From a virus (Duplodnaviria > Caudoviricetes), in the IMG/VR virus record IMGVR_UViG_3300037183_000031, positions 3,302-67,301 of that record: DNA of 64,000 nt. One strand, 5' to 3'. Position numbers and translations under genes: made by a program. Below are positions 8,154-17,743 of the stretch, one piece after another (positions within the stretch are counted from its first letter, which is position 1; each line of letters begins with the position of its first letter). Under the pieces are notes generated by a model. That model was not told the DNA's origin and ran no database searches. It saw only the letters and a list, made by a program, of their open reading frames with translations.

Positions 8154-10699
8154 AGCGCGGCCACCGTGAAGCGCATGTCCATGTTGCTACCCGTGCTGAG
8201 CGCTCCGGTCTGGGACAGCTGGATCCCGATTTTATCGGCAGCGTTGAACGTCGTGGTCACGGTGCTTGTGCCGTCGGTGAGAAACCCGATCGCCTGCGTG
8301 AACAGTGTGGCGACTGATGACCCGTTGACCAATAGCTTCGCGACCAAGTTCCCCGTGCCCGCCAACGCGTTCGCCCATGACGTCCAGTCAACGCGAAGAA
8401 TAGTGCCACCCTCGGGTGCTCGATAGCCAAGGGTCGTCGTCGCCGCCCAATCGTTCACGCCCTGGCCGATGGTGTTTGGTAACGATGCGTACCAAAGGCC
8501 GCTGAAAAAGCCGCCGAACTGCATCGTCCAAACGTAATAGCTGAGGAGATTCTGCGTGCCGGTGTTGAAGAGTAGACCACTCGCCAGGTTGACCTGCTGT
8601 GGCCTTCCGTCTCCCGTGTCGCCCCGACCCCACAGGGTATTGTTGGTCAGCGTCGGATCGCCGCTCGTTTCGATCCATTGCGTGTCCGTCTGGCTATAGG
8701 AGAGTGAGAGTAGATACCCGTTTCCGTTCTTGATGGTTAGGGTCGCATTGTGCGCCAGAAATATCCCGTCGCCTCCTCCGGCATTGTGCGTGACCGTGAT
8801 GTCACCGCCGCTCGCGATCAGCCAAATGCGGATGAACGCGCCATCCTGCCAGTTGGTGCTGAGGACCTTGCTGATCGTGCCCGTCATCAAGAATCGTGTG
8901 CAATTGCCGACGCCCATCGTGACCGTGCCCGTCGTGATAGAGGCAGCGGCGAAGGTTTCATTAAGCCGATCGACTAGCTGTAGCCCGGTGGTGCTTTGCT
9001 TATAGACAAGCTGGGCGCTTCCGGTGAGTTTGGTTCCGTTGCTAAAGACGACCTGATTGATCAACGGAACCGCAACGTCCTGCGCATTGGCCGTTGAGCC
9101 CGTAGCGTTGCCCTTGTACGTCCCTGCCGCCATCTGCGCGATCTTGGTATTGTCGACGGTGTTGTTTCCGTAGGCAGCTGTGGCTAGGGTTCCCCACCCG
9201 ATCGTGCTACCGGATTCTCGTAGAACTGCGCCTGATGCTGCGGTCGCTGGGATGTCAGCCAGAACGCCAGAGGAATTTGCTGAACGCCCAAGTACCGATA
9301 GGGCGGTGCCATTTTGGATCTGCGCGTAGGTTGCGGTACCACTGACGTCCGTAAACGCCGGCTGGCTGATCGTGGTCGTGCCGTCGTCGGCGATCGATCG
9401 GATCCACTGGCTCGCGGTCGCCGTGCGAGTTTGGATGCCGTGGTTCACAACTCCCGACGCGTTCTTGCTGGCGAAGTTCAGCGAAGTGAGGTCGACGTAC
9501 TGGGTCGCTTTGCCGGCGGCTGGCGAGGCAGGCGCCGCGATCGCCGTCGTGATGACGTCCCCGGCGAACGTGAAGTGCGTCGGGGCGTTGACGTTGGTGG
9601 CGACGTTGCCGACGGTCGTGACGTCGCCCGTGAGCGGCCCTTTGATGTAGTCGGTACCTGCGACGGCGCGAGACAGCAGTCCTGTCGCCGATGCCAGCAC
9701 GAGTTGACTACCCGTGCCAGATAAGCCGAAGGCGGTGATTATGCCGGTTATGGGTGCGATCCGAAGACGATCTCCGGATACGCCAGTGAAGAGGAACCCA
9801 GCCTGATCGGCGAGCGTATAGTTGCTCAAAAACCGTAGGTAACCATCGTCCCCACCGCCGGTGACGCGACCGATCGAGTAGTCGGCATTCGCGGCGGCGT
9901 TTGAGCCTAAGGTGAATTGGTTGCTTGCCCCGTCTCGTATCTGCAGGCTCGTCGATGGGGTATTCGTTCCGAGTCCAAGTCGGACGTGTGGGTTGTCCCA
10001 GAAAAAGTTAGCGTTGTTTTGGGCGAGAACGTCAGTCCCGGCACTGTACACAACCGATCCAGCCGTCAGGCTGAAATCAGGCGCGAAGACGCCAGAGGCC
10101 ACGCTGAGAACTGTGCCGGCAAAAGACAGGCTCGATCCGAGCGTGAGTTCTTGGACGTTTCCCGCGCCCGCGCCCGCGCCGCGACCGATCAGGACCGACG
10201 CGGCAGACGTCGCCTGAATCTTCGCGTACGTGACCGAGTTGTTGCTATATCCCGCGGTCGCGATCGTCCCCCAGCCGATCGTCGAGCCCGATTCGCGCAG
10301 GACGGCATCGCTGGCCGCCGTAGCAGGGATATCCGCGCGGGTTCCCGAGCTGTTGATACTTCGACCCAGCACGGAAAGCGCCGTGCCGTTTTGCCCACTG
10401 CTTAGCAGCAGCCATCGACCAGAGCCAACCGAGGGAGCGATCACAGTCACGCCGTCAGCCGTCGCCACGCTTGCGGGAGCGAAGTAGAAAAAAGACACCA
10501 AGCCGGTCACTTCGGCAATGCGTGTCTTGTTCACAAGGAACGTCGTCGTATCTACGGCCGACAACCCGGCCGCGTTCGTCACGCGATCGAAGTGGTCCAG
10601 GTATCTGGCCACATCCGATGGAAGCGTCCCGGGGATCGCGGGGTCGTACGTCTCATGGCCCCCGAGATCGAGATCGTTCTCCCGAATCTCGGTCGCCAT
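8150..10699 (-). CDS. Long tail fibre (849 aa)
   Basis: Thr/Ser/Gly/Ala-rich beta repeats, LTGDVT motifs, internal duplication; position after the baseplate genes. Confidence 0.85.
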   Translation of the reverse strand: MATEIRENDLDLGGHETYDPAIPGTLPSDVARYLDHFDRVTNAAGLSAVDTTTFLVNKTRIAEVTGLVSFFYFAPASVATADGVTVIAPSVGSGRWLLLSSGQNGTALSVLGRSINSSGTRADIPATAASDAVLRESGSTIGWGTIATAGYSNNSVTYAKIQATSAASVLIGRGAGAGAGNVQELTLGSSLSFAGTVLSVASGVFAPDFSLTAGSVVYSAGTDVLAQNNANFFWDNPHVRLGLGTNTPSTSLQIRDGASNQFTLGSNAAANADYSIGRVTGGGDDGYLRFLSNYTLADQAGFLFTGVSGDRLRIAPITGIITAFGLSGTGSQLVLASATGLLSRAVAGTDYIKGPLTGDVTTVGNVATNVNAPTHFTFAGDVITTAIAAPASPAAGKATQYVDLTSLNFASKNASGVVNHGIQTRTATASQWIRSIADDGTTTISQPAFTDVSGTATYAQIQNGTALSVLGRSANSSGVLADIPATAASGAVLRESGSTIGWGTLATAAYGNNTVDNTKIAQMAAGTYKGNATGSTANAQDVAVPLINQVVFSNGTKLTGSAQLVYKQSTTGLQLVDRLNETFAAASITTGTVTMGVGNCTRFLMTGTISKVLSTNWQDGAFIRIWLIASGGDITVTHNAGGGDGIFLAHNATLTIKNGNGYLLSLSYSQTDTQWIETSGDPTLTNNTLWGRGDTGDGRPQQVNLASGLLFNTGTQNLLSYYVWTMQFGGFFSGLWYASLPNTIGQGVNDWAATTTLGYRAPEGGTILRVDWTSWANALAGTGNLVAKLLVNGSSVATLFTQAIGFLTDGTSTVTTTFNAADKIGIQLSQTGALSTGSNMDMRFTVAAL
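9176..9316 (-). repeat. Copy 2 of a 47-codon internal repeat in the tail fibre
   Basis: QNGTALSVLGRSANSSGVLADIPATAASGAVLRESGSTIGWGTLATA. Confidence 0.9.
10253..10393 (-). repeat. Copy 1 of the 47-codon internal repeat
   Basis: QNGTALSVLGRSINSSGTRADIPATAASDAVLRESGSTIGWGTIATA; 42 of 47 residues identical to copy 2. Confidence 0.9.
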
Positions 10700-11061
10700 C
10701 AGCGCACCATGCCGAAGGCTTTTTGAATCGCCTTGATCTCTGGAGCGGCAGCCATTTCAAGAACGCCAGTCTGCGGATTCCATGTCACCTGGATCTGGAC
10801 GTCGGCGGTGTCGACGTTGAACTTATTCCGCAGCAGGAACAGGGCCAGCTCGGCGATCTCCTGCGCTGTCTTGATCGGCTCCTTGCGCTGCATCTTTGCG
10901 GTCACGGCGCGGCGAAATACGTTCTTGAACGTGGGGTCGCGCAGAGCCCTCGCCACATCCACAACGCGCCCGTAGACGCCCTTTGCACGGAGGCGCCGGG
11001 TCGCTCGCCAGCCTCGGAACGTGGCCAGCGCTCGCCGCGGGTATTTCAGCAGCCAGCGCAT
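10699..11061 (-). CDS. Basic hypothetical protein between the fibre genes
   Basis: 120 aa, Arg/Lys-rich; its stop overlaps the fibre start. Confidence 0.55.
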   Translation of the reverse strand: MRWLLKYPRRALATFRGWRATRRLRAKGVYGRVVDVARALRDPTFKNVFRRAVTAKMQRKEPIKTAQEIAELALFLLRNKFNVDTADVQIQVTWNPQTGVLEMAAAPEIKAIQKAFGMVR

Positions 11062-11067
11062 TAATGG

Positions 11068-12069
11068 CTACAGGAAGACGTCGCCTGGCCAGAGATTCGC
11101 ACGGAAGTCGTTGGCGCCGATTAGAAGACTGTACCCCGTCGTGCCGATGGCCGTTCTGGCGTTGCGAAACACCGGATAGCAACCTAGTCCCAGTAGCGGC
11201 GCCGTCGCTGATTGCGCCGCCGTGATCCTGGTCCCATTGACGTAGAAAATGACCTGCGCGGTACCCGCGTCAGCGGCGGCAGCGGATAGCAGTTCGAGCC
11301 GAAAACGGAATCGAGTGGCTGATGCAGCGGCGATGCCGGTGGTCACATAGGTTCCGTTGTTGTAGGTGAACCAGTTAGCATCGCCGGTGCGTTTGATGAA
11401 CCCGACCCCCGTCGGAGCGATGGTCGAGATCGCCCCACCAACGCCGGTCAAGGGGGCCGAGATCAGACCACCGAAGATTTCGGCGCTGGCAGCATCGGTA
11501 CCCTGGATGTATGCATCCCATTGGTAGGAGATGGCCATTCCCGGGATATGAACGACCGCTGGATTTACTGCGTAAAGATGATTCGAGCCAACGATCGCCG
11601 CACTTACCAGTTGCACCATCGCCGAAGGCAGCACCGGATCGATCGCGTATGCGCCGATGGCCGATATCGAATTGATGTTGCCCGTTGTGAAGTTGACGAC
11701 GCCCCATCTGGAATACGGCAACGGCGTTGCCGCAATGACTCCGGTACCCACGAAGGGCTGCATAGAACCGAAGTCCTCATTCCATTGAATCAACTTGCCT
11801 GCTGGGAATCCCAGATGATCGATGCCGAATCGGGATTGTAAGACGGCATTTTTGTAGATCTTGATCGCCTCAGCCCAAGACGACACAAACGCCCGTGGCC
11901 CCGATTCCCACGCTGCCCGATCAGCAAGGCACTTAAACGCCTGCGCGACCGATGCGGCGCTGTCCGGGTCGCCGTCTACTGGGAGCGCCGGCGTGGGGGC
12001 GTTGCTCGGTCCTGGCTGAGCCGAGGGGGCCTGTATCGCGGTGGCTGATGGCGTGTACGTTGCGGGCAT
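11068..12069 (-). CDS. Tail fibre or proximal fibre protein
   Basis: N-terminal PVDGDPDSAASVAQAFKCLADR anchor-like segment and a beta-rich C-terminus; follows the baseplate wedge gene. Confidence 0.7.
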   Translation of the reverse strand: MPATYTPSATAIQAPSAQPGPSNAPTPALPVDGDPDSAASVAQAFKCLADRAAWESGPRAFVSSWAEAIKIYKNAVLQSRFGIDHLGFPAGKLIQWNEDFGSMQPFVGTGVIAATPLPYSRWGVVNFTTGNINSISAIGAYAIDPVLPSAMVQLVSAAIVGSNHLYAVNPAVVHIPGMAISYQWDAYIQGTDAASAEIFGGLISAPLTGVGGAISTIAPTGVGFIKRTGDANWFTYNNGTYVTTGIAAASATRFRFRLELLSAAAADAGTAQVIFYVNGTRITAAQSATAPLLGLGCYPVFRNARTAIGTTGYSLLIGANDFRANLWPGDVFL

Positions 12070-12087
12070 TGGGGACGTCCTCCAGGG

Positions 12088-12792
12088 CTATGGCGGCAGG
12101 AATCTCATGGTACCACCCCATACGCGCCCGCCGGCTCCCCAGGTTGATCCTATCGGCCAGCCCCACCAGGGCGCGGTGAGCTCGATCCAGGTCCCCATGA
12201 AACGGGCCTTGGCCGGCTTCCACGTTCGAATCAAGGCGTTGAGTGCCTCCGCCGCTGCAGATCCAACCGTGAGGGTCGAGACGTCGGCGCCGAAGAACAG
12301 CCCGAACTGGTTCCAGATCTCAGGCCCCTGGGCATCGAACGTGAAGCCGGTGTGCGTGGCGTAGGTGACTGTGCCCGTGAGGCCGTCCCCGGTCAGATAC
12401 GCGTAACGTGCGGTCTTCTGGATGACCACGGCGCCCGATGCCAGTCCGACCGGGTATCCAGCCCGAGCCAGAGCCCGGAGGAGGCCGAGAAAGCCGCCGG
12501 CAAGCGCCCAGGCATCCCATGCCGTGCGCAGGCGTTCGGCGTAGTTGACATCGGTCTCGCCAGAGATTCGAGGCAGGACACGATCGGCGCCGATGTATTT
12601 CAAGGCATCGGGCGGGGTGTTTGTGAGGACGCCGGCGACGTTCGTATTGTCGGGATAGCCCGAGATTGCAGCCTGGCGGACGTTGTCCAAGATCGTGTCC
12701 ATGTCCTTGCCGAGCGCGGCCTGGAACTTCCCGCCGATCGTTCGCTGCAACCACGGCGGAGAGTTGAACTTGTGAAAATCGATGTACTTCAT
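12088..12792 (-). CDS. Baseplate wedge protein (P2 gpI / Mu gp48-like)
   Basis: PPDALKYIGADRVLPRISGETDVNYAERL; start ATG 12792; directly after the J-like genes. Confidence 0.75.
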   Translation of the reverse strand: MKYIDFHKFNSPPWLQRTIGGKFQAALGKDMDTILDNVRQAAISGYPDNTNVAGVLTNTPPDALKYIGADRVLPRISGETDVNYAERLRTAWDAWALAGGFLGLLRALARAGYPVGLASGAVVIQKTARYAYLTGDGLTGTVTYATHTGFTFDAQGPEIWNQFGLFFGADVSTLTVGSAAAEALNALIRTWKPAKARFMGTWIELTAPWWGWPIGSTWGAGGRVWGGTMRFLPP

Positions 12793-13925
12793 ACGGTGTT
12801 CCAGGTCAGTTGGGAGGTCAGCGTTCCGCTTTTGACAGGGACCTGGGTCGCAGTGAGAGTCACATCGTCGGCGACGCCGTTTAGGGCCAGGAAGACAAGA
12901 TCGATCACCCCTGGCTGGTCCATCACGATCTCGAGGAGTTTCTCCAGCGGGACCGTGGTGCCGATCTGGGTCTGGCTCAGAAACACCAGCCAAGCCGCAT
13001 CGACCGCGGCCTGGGCTTCAAGCAAGCGCGCCGACTCTACGGTGACCGTCCCAGCAGTCGCGGCGATATTCAGAACCGCCGCGTTACTGACCGTCGGAAA
13101 ATCCGTGATCGGTGAGCGATCGTTGATGTAGTTCTGTACCGCGGTGACGGCGCCACCGCTCACGGGGCCCGCAAGACCAGCCACCGTAATGAGAACGCCG
13201 CCGAAGTTTGCTGGATCGACGTCGAGGCGCACCCTGGTCACCTCGGTACTGGCGGCCTTCGCCCACTTCACGATCCGATCATCGACATCGATCGCCGTGA
13301 TGTCCGGCCAGCGCGCGAGCACGCGTATCAGGAGCGCCACGTCAGACTCGGCGTTGCTGCCGAACAGCAGACCAGTGCCGGGGTCGTAGATCACGGAGCC
13401 TTGAACCGTCACGCCTGGAAGGTTCGGGCTGATGATCGAGTTGACGAGCCCGAGCCCTGCCGCGGCCTGCTCCGCCGTGACCTGAATGGCCAGAGTTCCG
13501 CCACCCGAAAGCGTGCCGCCGCTGCCAATCGAGAAGCGCTGACCCGCGGCGTTGGTGCAGGTCCCGCGCCCCGCCACCAGGACATAGGGGCCGAATCCGG
13601 TGGCGCACGCGAGCGTGACCGTCTGTTGGCAGAACGTGCCGACGATGCGATCCAGTTCGAACCACATCCGAGCCAGCAACGTCAGCCAATCTCCGGTGGC
13701 GCCGGACGACGACGCCGGCACGGTGCCCATCGCCACCTTCTGCGCGCTACCGTTCTCCCCGATCAGATCCAGGGCGGTGATCGCTTCCAACTCCCAGAGC
13801 GTACGCATCACGGCGCCCGAGAATTCGTCCGTGATGGGAAAGCCTGGAACGTTCAGGCGGGTCAACAGATCGCGCCGCAGGTCCGAGATCAGGGGTGAGC
13901 CAAATAGATCAGCGATCGTGCTCAT
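12789..13925 (-). CDS. Baseplate J-like protein, paralogue 2 (378 aa)
   Basis: Start ATG 13925 (MSTIADL). ATGDWLTLLA, GSNAESDVALLIR and AGLAGPVSGGAVTAVQNYI are J-like motifs. Confidence 0.8.
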   Translation of the reverse strand: MSTIADLFGSPLISDLRRDLLTRLNVPGFPITDEFSGAVMRTLWELEAITALDLIGENGSAQKVAMGTVPASSSGATGDWLTLLARMWFELDRIVGTFCQQTVTLACATGFGPYVLVAGRGTCTNAAGQRFSIGSGGTLSGGGTLAIQVTAEQAAAGLGLVNSIISPNLPGVTVQGSVIYDPGTGLLFGSNAESDVALLIRVLARWPDITAIDVDDRIVKWAKAASTEVTRVRLDVDPANFGGVLITVAGLAGPVSGGAVTAVQNYINDRSPITDFPTVSNAAVLNIAATAGTVTVESARLLEAQAAVDAAWLVFLSQTQIGTTVPLEKLLEIVMDQPGVIDLVFLALNGVADDVTLTATQVPVKSGTLTSQLTWNTV

Positions 13926-15385
13926 ACCGGGATCCAGGCCAGGGTTGTCAGGATGCTTGAGCCATCGGTCGGCGGCACGGCGAGCTCCAGAGGGGCAAGC
14001 TGGAGGTTCGGACCTCCGATGCCGATGAAAGCCACAAAGTCGGTGTCGAAGGCCCCCGCGTCCATGATCGCGGTGATCAGCTCCGACAGCCGAACGATGC
14101 CGCCGATTCGGACGCCTCGCAGGTACGCGAGCCAGTTCGCCAGCGCGGTTTGCTGCACCGCTAGGAGCGTCTTCCGTGGGACCGTGACGTTGCCGCTGGC
14201 CGATACTTGGCGCGGGGTCGCCGGCGCCACCAGCACCGTCTCTGCAATGCCGATGCCCTGATACCCACGGAGGCGAGGGGCGATGTAGTCCTGAACGGTG
14301 GCGGCCGTCCGCGCCCCGACGGGCCCCTGGTCGCCGGCGATGATCACATTCACCTGTCCGGGCTTGGTGATGTCCCCGTCCGCCAGGAGCTGGCCGACTT
14401 CGGCGCTTGCCGCGTGCGCCCAGAGAGAAATCTTGTTGGTCGTGGGGACGTCGGAAAGTGATGGCCAGCGCGAACGACACCGAGCCCGAAGCGCGGTGTC
14501 TGATTCCTCATCGTCGCCTTGTGCGATCGTGGAGGTCGCGATCTGCATGCTGTACACGTCGCCGAGCAAAAACGAGTTTGCAATCCCGGGCGCGTTCTGA
14601 AAGCCGATCGTGATGCCAGCGAGATCGACGCTGGCGACAAATGGCCCCCCGGTGTTCCAGGTCTGCCCGCCATCGGTCGACCACTGCCAAAGCCCAGAAC
14701 CCACGCCTCCGATCGCCTGGACGATGATTCGAAGCGTGGCGTAGGCCGGCGCCACACCCGGAGTCGTGAATACAGCCGTGACCGTTCCGGGGCTGTACCC
14801 GATCAACTTTGGAGGGGTCACATCCAAAGCCGGCACGTTGAGGACGTCGACGCCTGGAAGCGGCGTGATCATCGCGCCGGCGCTGGTCGTGGAATTGATC
14901 GAGCGATCGGGGTCAGCGTAGCCACTTCCCGCGGCCTCAGCTTCCGCCTCGATAAACAGCGTGCCGCCGGACTCCAGTTGACCGCCGGTCGTGCTCACAT
15001 ATCGGTTTCCGCTCGGAGCGGCGAACCAGAAGTCGCCGGCCGTGATCTGGTAGGGGGGGGCCTCGGCCGTCGAGGTCAGACGGAGTGAAATCTTGGTCTT
15101 CGTCGCTGGATCACGCTGGAGCTGGTAGCGCGTCAGGGCGTAGAACGTCAGCAGGTCGCCGGTCGAGAAGTCCAGGAGCTGCATCGCCGCCAACGTGCTG
15201 GCGAGCGTGCCGGCATAGTTGGCCATCATGCCGGAGATCGAATCGAGGAGAGCGTTCTCCGGGCCACCCGCGGCGCTTGGCGCCCAGCTCGAGGTCGGGA
15301 AGCCGGCTGCGATCAGATTCGCCACCAGTCGGGCCCGGATCGTGGCTGCGGTGTCGGGGGTCAGCAATTGGGCGAGCGTGCTCAT
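13922..15385 (-). CDS. Baseplate J-like protein, paralogue 1 (487 aa, internal insertion)
   Basis: STGDLLTFYA, GDDEESDTALRARCRSRW and AGDQGPVGARTAATVQDYI. Confidence 0.85.
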   Translation of the reverse strand: MSTLAQLLTPDTAATIRARLVANLIAAGFPTSSWAPSAAGGPENALLDSISGMMANYAGTLASTLAAMQLLDFSTGDLLTFYALTRYQLQRDPATKTKISLRLTSTAEAPPYQITAGDFWFAAPSGNRYVSTTGGQLESGGTLFIEAEAEAAGSGYADPDRSINSTTSAGAMITPLPGVDVLNVPALDVTPPKLIGYSPGTVTAVFTTPGVAPAYATLRIIVQAIGGVGSGLWQWSTDGGQTWNTGGPFVASVDLAGITIGFQNAPGIANSFLLGDVYSMQIATSTIAQGDDEESDTALRARCRSRWPSLSDVPTTNKISLWAHAASAEVGQLLADGDITKPGQVNVIIAGDQGPVGARTAATVQDYIAPRLRGYQGIGIAETVLVAPATPRQVSASGNVTVPRKTLLAVQQTALANWLAYLRGVRIGGIVRLSELITAIMDAGAFDTDFVAFIGIGGPNLQLAPLELAVPPTDGSSILTTLAWIPV

Positions 15386-16242
15386 CGCAAGGTCACCAAC
15401 AGGGCGCGAATCCGGGCATCCTGACCGATGATCGAGTTCTGGGCCGTGACCTTCACGAACAGCTGACCGGTCGGATTGACCGGTGTGGCAATCGCGACCT
15501 TGGACGTGAACGTGTTGGTGTTGGCCGTGAAGCTGGCAAGCACCGTGCCCGTGGTGGGGACGGTCGAGGCGCCGCCCGCGCGCACGCGAAAGGTGCCGGT
15601 CCCTGACAGTGCCAGGGCCTCGGCCGTGAATTCGACGCTGAGGGAGCCCGGCAATACGCCGAAGTCCACGATCCCAGCTGAATAGATGATCTCTTCGTTG
15701 CCCGAGGTGACCGCCATCTGCGCGGCTTGGCCCAACGTGAAGCCCTGTCCTCCGGTCCCGGCCGTTCCAGCCGGCCCCTGGAGCCCCATCGGACCGGTGA
15801 CGACGACGATGCCCCCACCGATATCCGGCGCAAGGGCCGAGGCCGCCGGCGCCGCCGCGTCCAGAATCTCGATCGTGGCGTCCGAGATCGCCAGCACCAG
15901 ATCGAAAGGCCCGTCCGCGGTGTCGATCGCGCAGACCGCCGTTAGGGTTCTACCAATCGCGGTGAAGTTGGTGACCGTAAACGAGAGCACACGCGGATCC
16001 TTCTCGGCCTCCGCGATCATCACCGATTTTAGGTTCGCGTAACCCGCAGGGGTCAGCGAGGCATTCATGAACGCCCGAAGGTCAGTACCGTATTCCGGAT
16101 CGTAGACCAGCCCGCCGCGCGGGGTTTGGAAGCGGCGCGAGATCGCGTTCCCAAGATTGCGCTGACCACCGGCGAGTCCGAAGCTCAGACCGAGATCGGA
16201 GAGTAGGTCGATGTCCGTACCCAGGGATTGCGTCGGGATCAT
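15382..16242 (-). CDS. Baseplate gp25/gpW-like protein with C-terminal extension
   Basis: NAISRRFQTPRGGLVYDPEYGTDL...EAEKDPRV is gp25-like, followed by GPMGLQGPAG and a beta-rich domain. Confidence 0.8.
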   Translation of the reverse strand: MIPTQSLGTDIDLLSDLGLSFGLAGGQRNLGNAISRRFQTPRGGLVYDPEYGTDLRAFMNASLTPAGYANLKSVMIAEAEKDPRVLSFTVTNFTAIGRTLTAVCAIDTADGPFDLVLAISDATIEILDAAAPAASALAPDIGGGIVVVTGPMGLQGPAGTAGTGGQGFTLGQAAQMAVTSGNEEIIYSAGIVDFGVLPGSLSVEFTAEALALSGTGTFRVRAGGASTVPTTGTVLASFTANTNTFTSKVAIATPVNPTGQLFVKVTAQNSIIGQDARIRALLVTLR

Positions 16243-16802
16243 GAGACCTTCGCCCGGGTCGCTAGGTAGGTCGGTGATCCGCCCTCGAACGTCTGCAACG
16301 CAGCGGCGAGCGCGGAAAATCCAGCTGCGAGCGGGGACAAGGTGCCGACCGAAACCGCAGCCAACGCGGTGAAGCCGTTGGCTAGCGAATTGTTCAGGGT
16401 CGTCTCGCCACTGCGGTACGTCTGCCCCTTGATCGCGGCCTCCGCTCCCAGCTCGCCGCCGAGGATCAGATTCAGGCTATTGATCACGGTCTTCGTGGTC
16501 GGGGTTTCGCCACCATCCCAAAGCGCCGCCTGGGGCCGCTGAGGGTCTCCCCCCTCCCAGCCCACCAGAACGTAGGCACCCGGTGGGATCGTGACCGTGG
16601 TGGCTGGCAAACCAAGCTTGAGCTTGATACCGGCCATGCCCGGGATTCTTGGGTCATCCGGCTGGACATCGACCGTCATGGCCCCCGAGGTCAAGACCTT
16701 CTGCTGGATGACACGGGCGCGATACCAACCGAAGTAGTCCACCCCCGGGATCATCGCCCGCACTACAGCGGCCAGGGACTCTTTCAGTCTGTCAAGGGCC
16801 AT
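16239..16802 (-). CDS. Baseplate spike (gpV/gp45-like)
   Basis: Start ATG 16802. YRARVIQQ...VDVQPDD...PPGAYVLVGWEGGDPQRP is OB-fold spike-like. Confidence 0.75.
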   Translation of the reverse strand: MALDRLKESLAAVVRAMIPGVDYFGWYRARVIQQKVLTSGAMTVDVQPDDPRIPGMAGIKLKLGLPATTVTIPPGAYVLVGWEGGDPQRPQAALWDGGETPTTKTVINSLNLILGGELGAEAAIKGQTYRSGETTLNNSLANGFTALAAVSVGTLSPLAAGFSALAAALQTFEGGSPTYLATRAKVS

Positions 16803-16874
16803 GTAGTGCCCACGATGGTACCACCAGAGCCGGATTTTTGTCCTCATGAGGGGACCTCGGGGCAAGTGCAGGTT

Positions 16875-17069
16875 ATGAGCCGTCAGGACTTCTATGCCGA
16901 TCACGTGGAGCGGTTCGGACTCGGACCCAAGGGGACCGACCTGTCCCGCCTGCGAACCGACGCCCGTCACTGCGCCTGCGAACCAACCCAGGCGGATCCG
17001 AGGTGTGACGTGGGAGAGGCCCTGTTTCGCGTGCGAGCGTGCGAGATGCTCAAGCGGCCGTCGAGTTAG
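16875..17069 (+). CDS. Possible small antisense gene (64 aa)
   Basis: MSRQDFYADHVERFGLGPKGTDL...; fills the gap between the hub and spike genes; weak RBS. Confidence 0.35.
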   Translation: MSRQDFYADHVERFGLGPKGTDLSRLRTDARHCACEPTQADPRCDVGEALFRVRACEMLKRPSS

Positions 17070-17740
17070 CCAGCCTGAAGCATCGCCGACGTACGGACTC
17101 GCCCGTCCTGCAGGTCATGCTCGACCGTGTTGACGCGGCGTCCCTGTAGCAGAGTCCCCGGCAACAGGTGGAGGGTCTCCACGCCGAGCTCCACGCGGTC
17201 TTCGTGTGGATGACTGTCGACCTGGACAAAATCCGTGCCATCCACCATGCCGGAGTCAGGCCAGGTCTCTACCCCCACCCACAGGGTGCCATCGGGAAGG
17301 TGCCTCCACGTCGCTCCTGCAGGACCGCCGCGCGCGAGAAGCACGGCGAGGGCTGCGCCCACCGGCTGCGCGATCGTCGCCCACGCGGGAAGCGTGGCGC
17401 CAAGGACGTCGGCCGCGCTGCTGGTCGCCAAGGTCTCTCCCGCGGTCGAAAGCAGGTCCCGCAGAACCACACCCACGGTGCCCGAGGTGTAGAACTTAGG
17501 GCGCGCCGTTCGCCGCATGCCGTCGGCGCCGGCCGTCATGCGCAGGTAGGAGGTCTCCAGATAGGCGTCTGACCTGGTGGTCCGGCCGGTGAGCCTCAAA
17601 CCACCATCCAAAACGAGAAGCGCTGCCCCGGTTGGCGCCTTGGCGCTGTCCACGATCACGTCCGCGTGCCAGGCCCCGGAGAGCGGCAGGGTGATCCGGG
17701 CCGACACCACGTCGAAGCCGTTCAGGGTCGCGAGGGCCAT
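17066..17740 (-). CDS. Baseplate hub protein (Mu gp44 / P2 gpD-like)
   Basis: ARITLPLSGAWHADV...WRHLPDGTLWVG; position between the initiator-like and spike genes. Confidence 0.7.
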   Translation of the reverse strand: MALATLNGFDVVSARITLPLSGAWHADVIVDSAKAPTGAALLVLDGGLRLTGRTTRSDAYLETSYLRMTAGADGMRRTARPKFYTSGTVGVVLRDLLSTAGETLATSSAADVLGATLPAWATIAQPVGAALAVLLARGGPAGATWRHLPDGTLWVGVETWPDSGMVDGTDFVQVDSHPHEDRVELGVETLHLLPGTLLQGRRVNTVEHDLQDGRVRTSAMLQAG

Positions 17741-17743
17741 GGC

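Noticed and set aside
9176-10393. Fibre repeats as template and variable regions of a diversity-generating retroelement
   Set aside because: Differences are synonymous and not adenine-specific, both copies are in-frame, and no reverse transcriptase is present.
16947-16984. 12-bp direct repeat as a CRISPR or mini-array
   Set aside because: Only two copies 14 nt apart, too short, and no cas genes.
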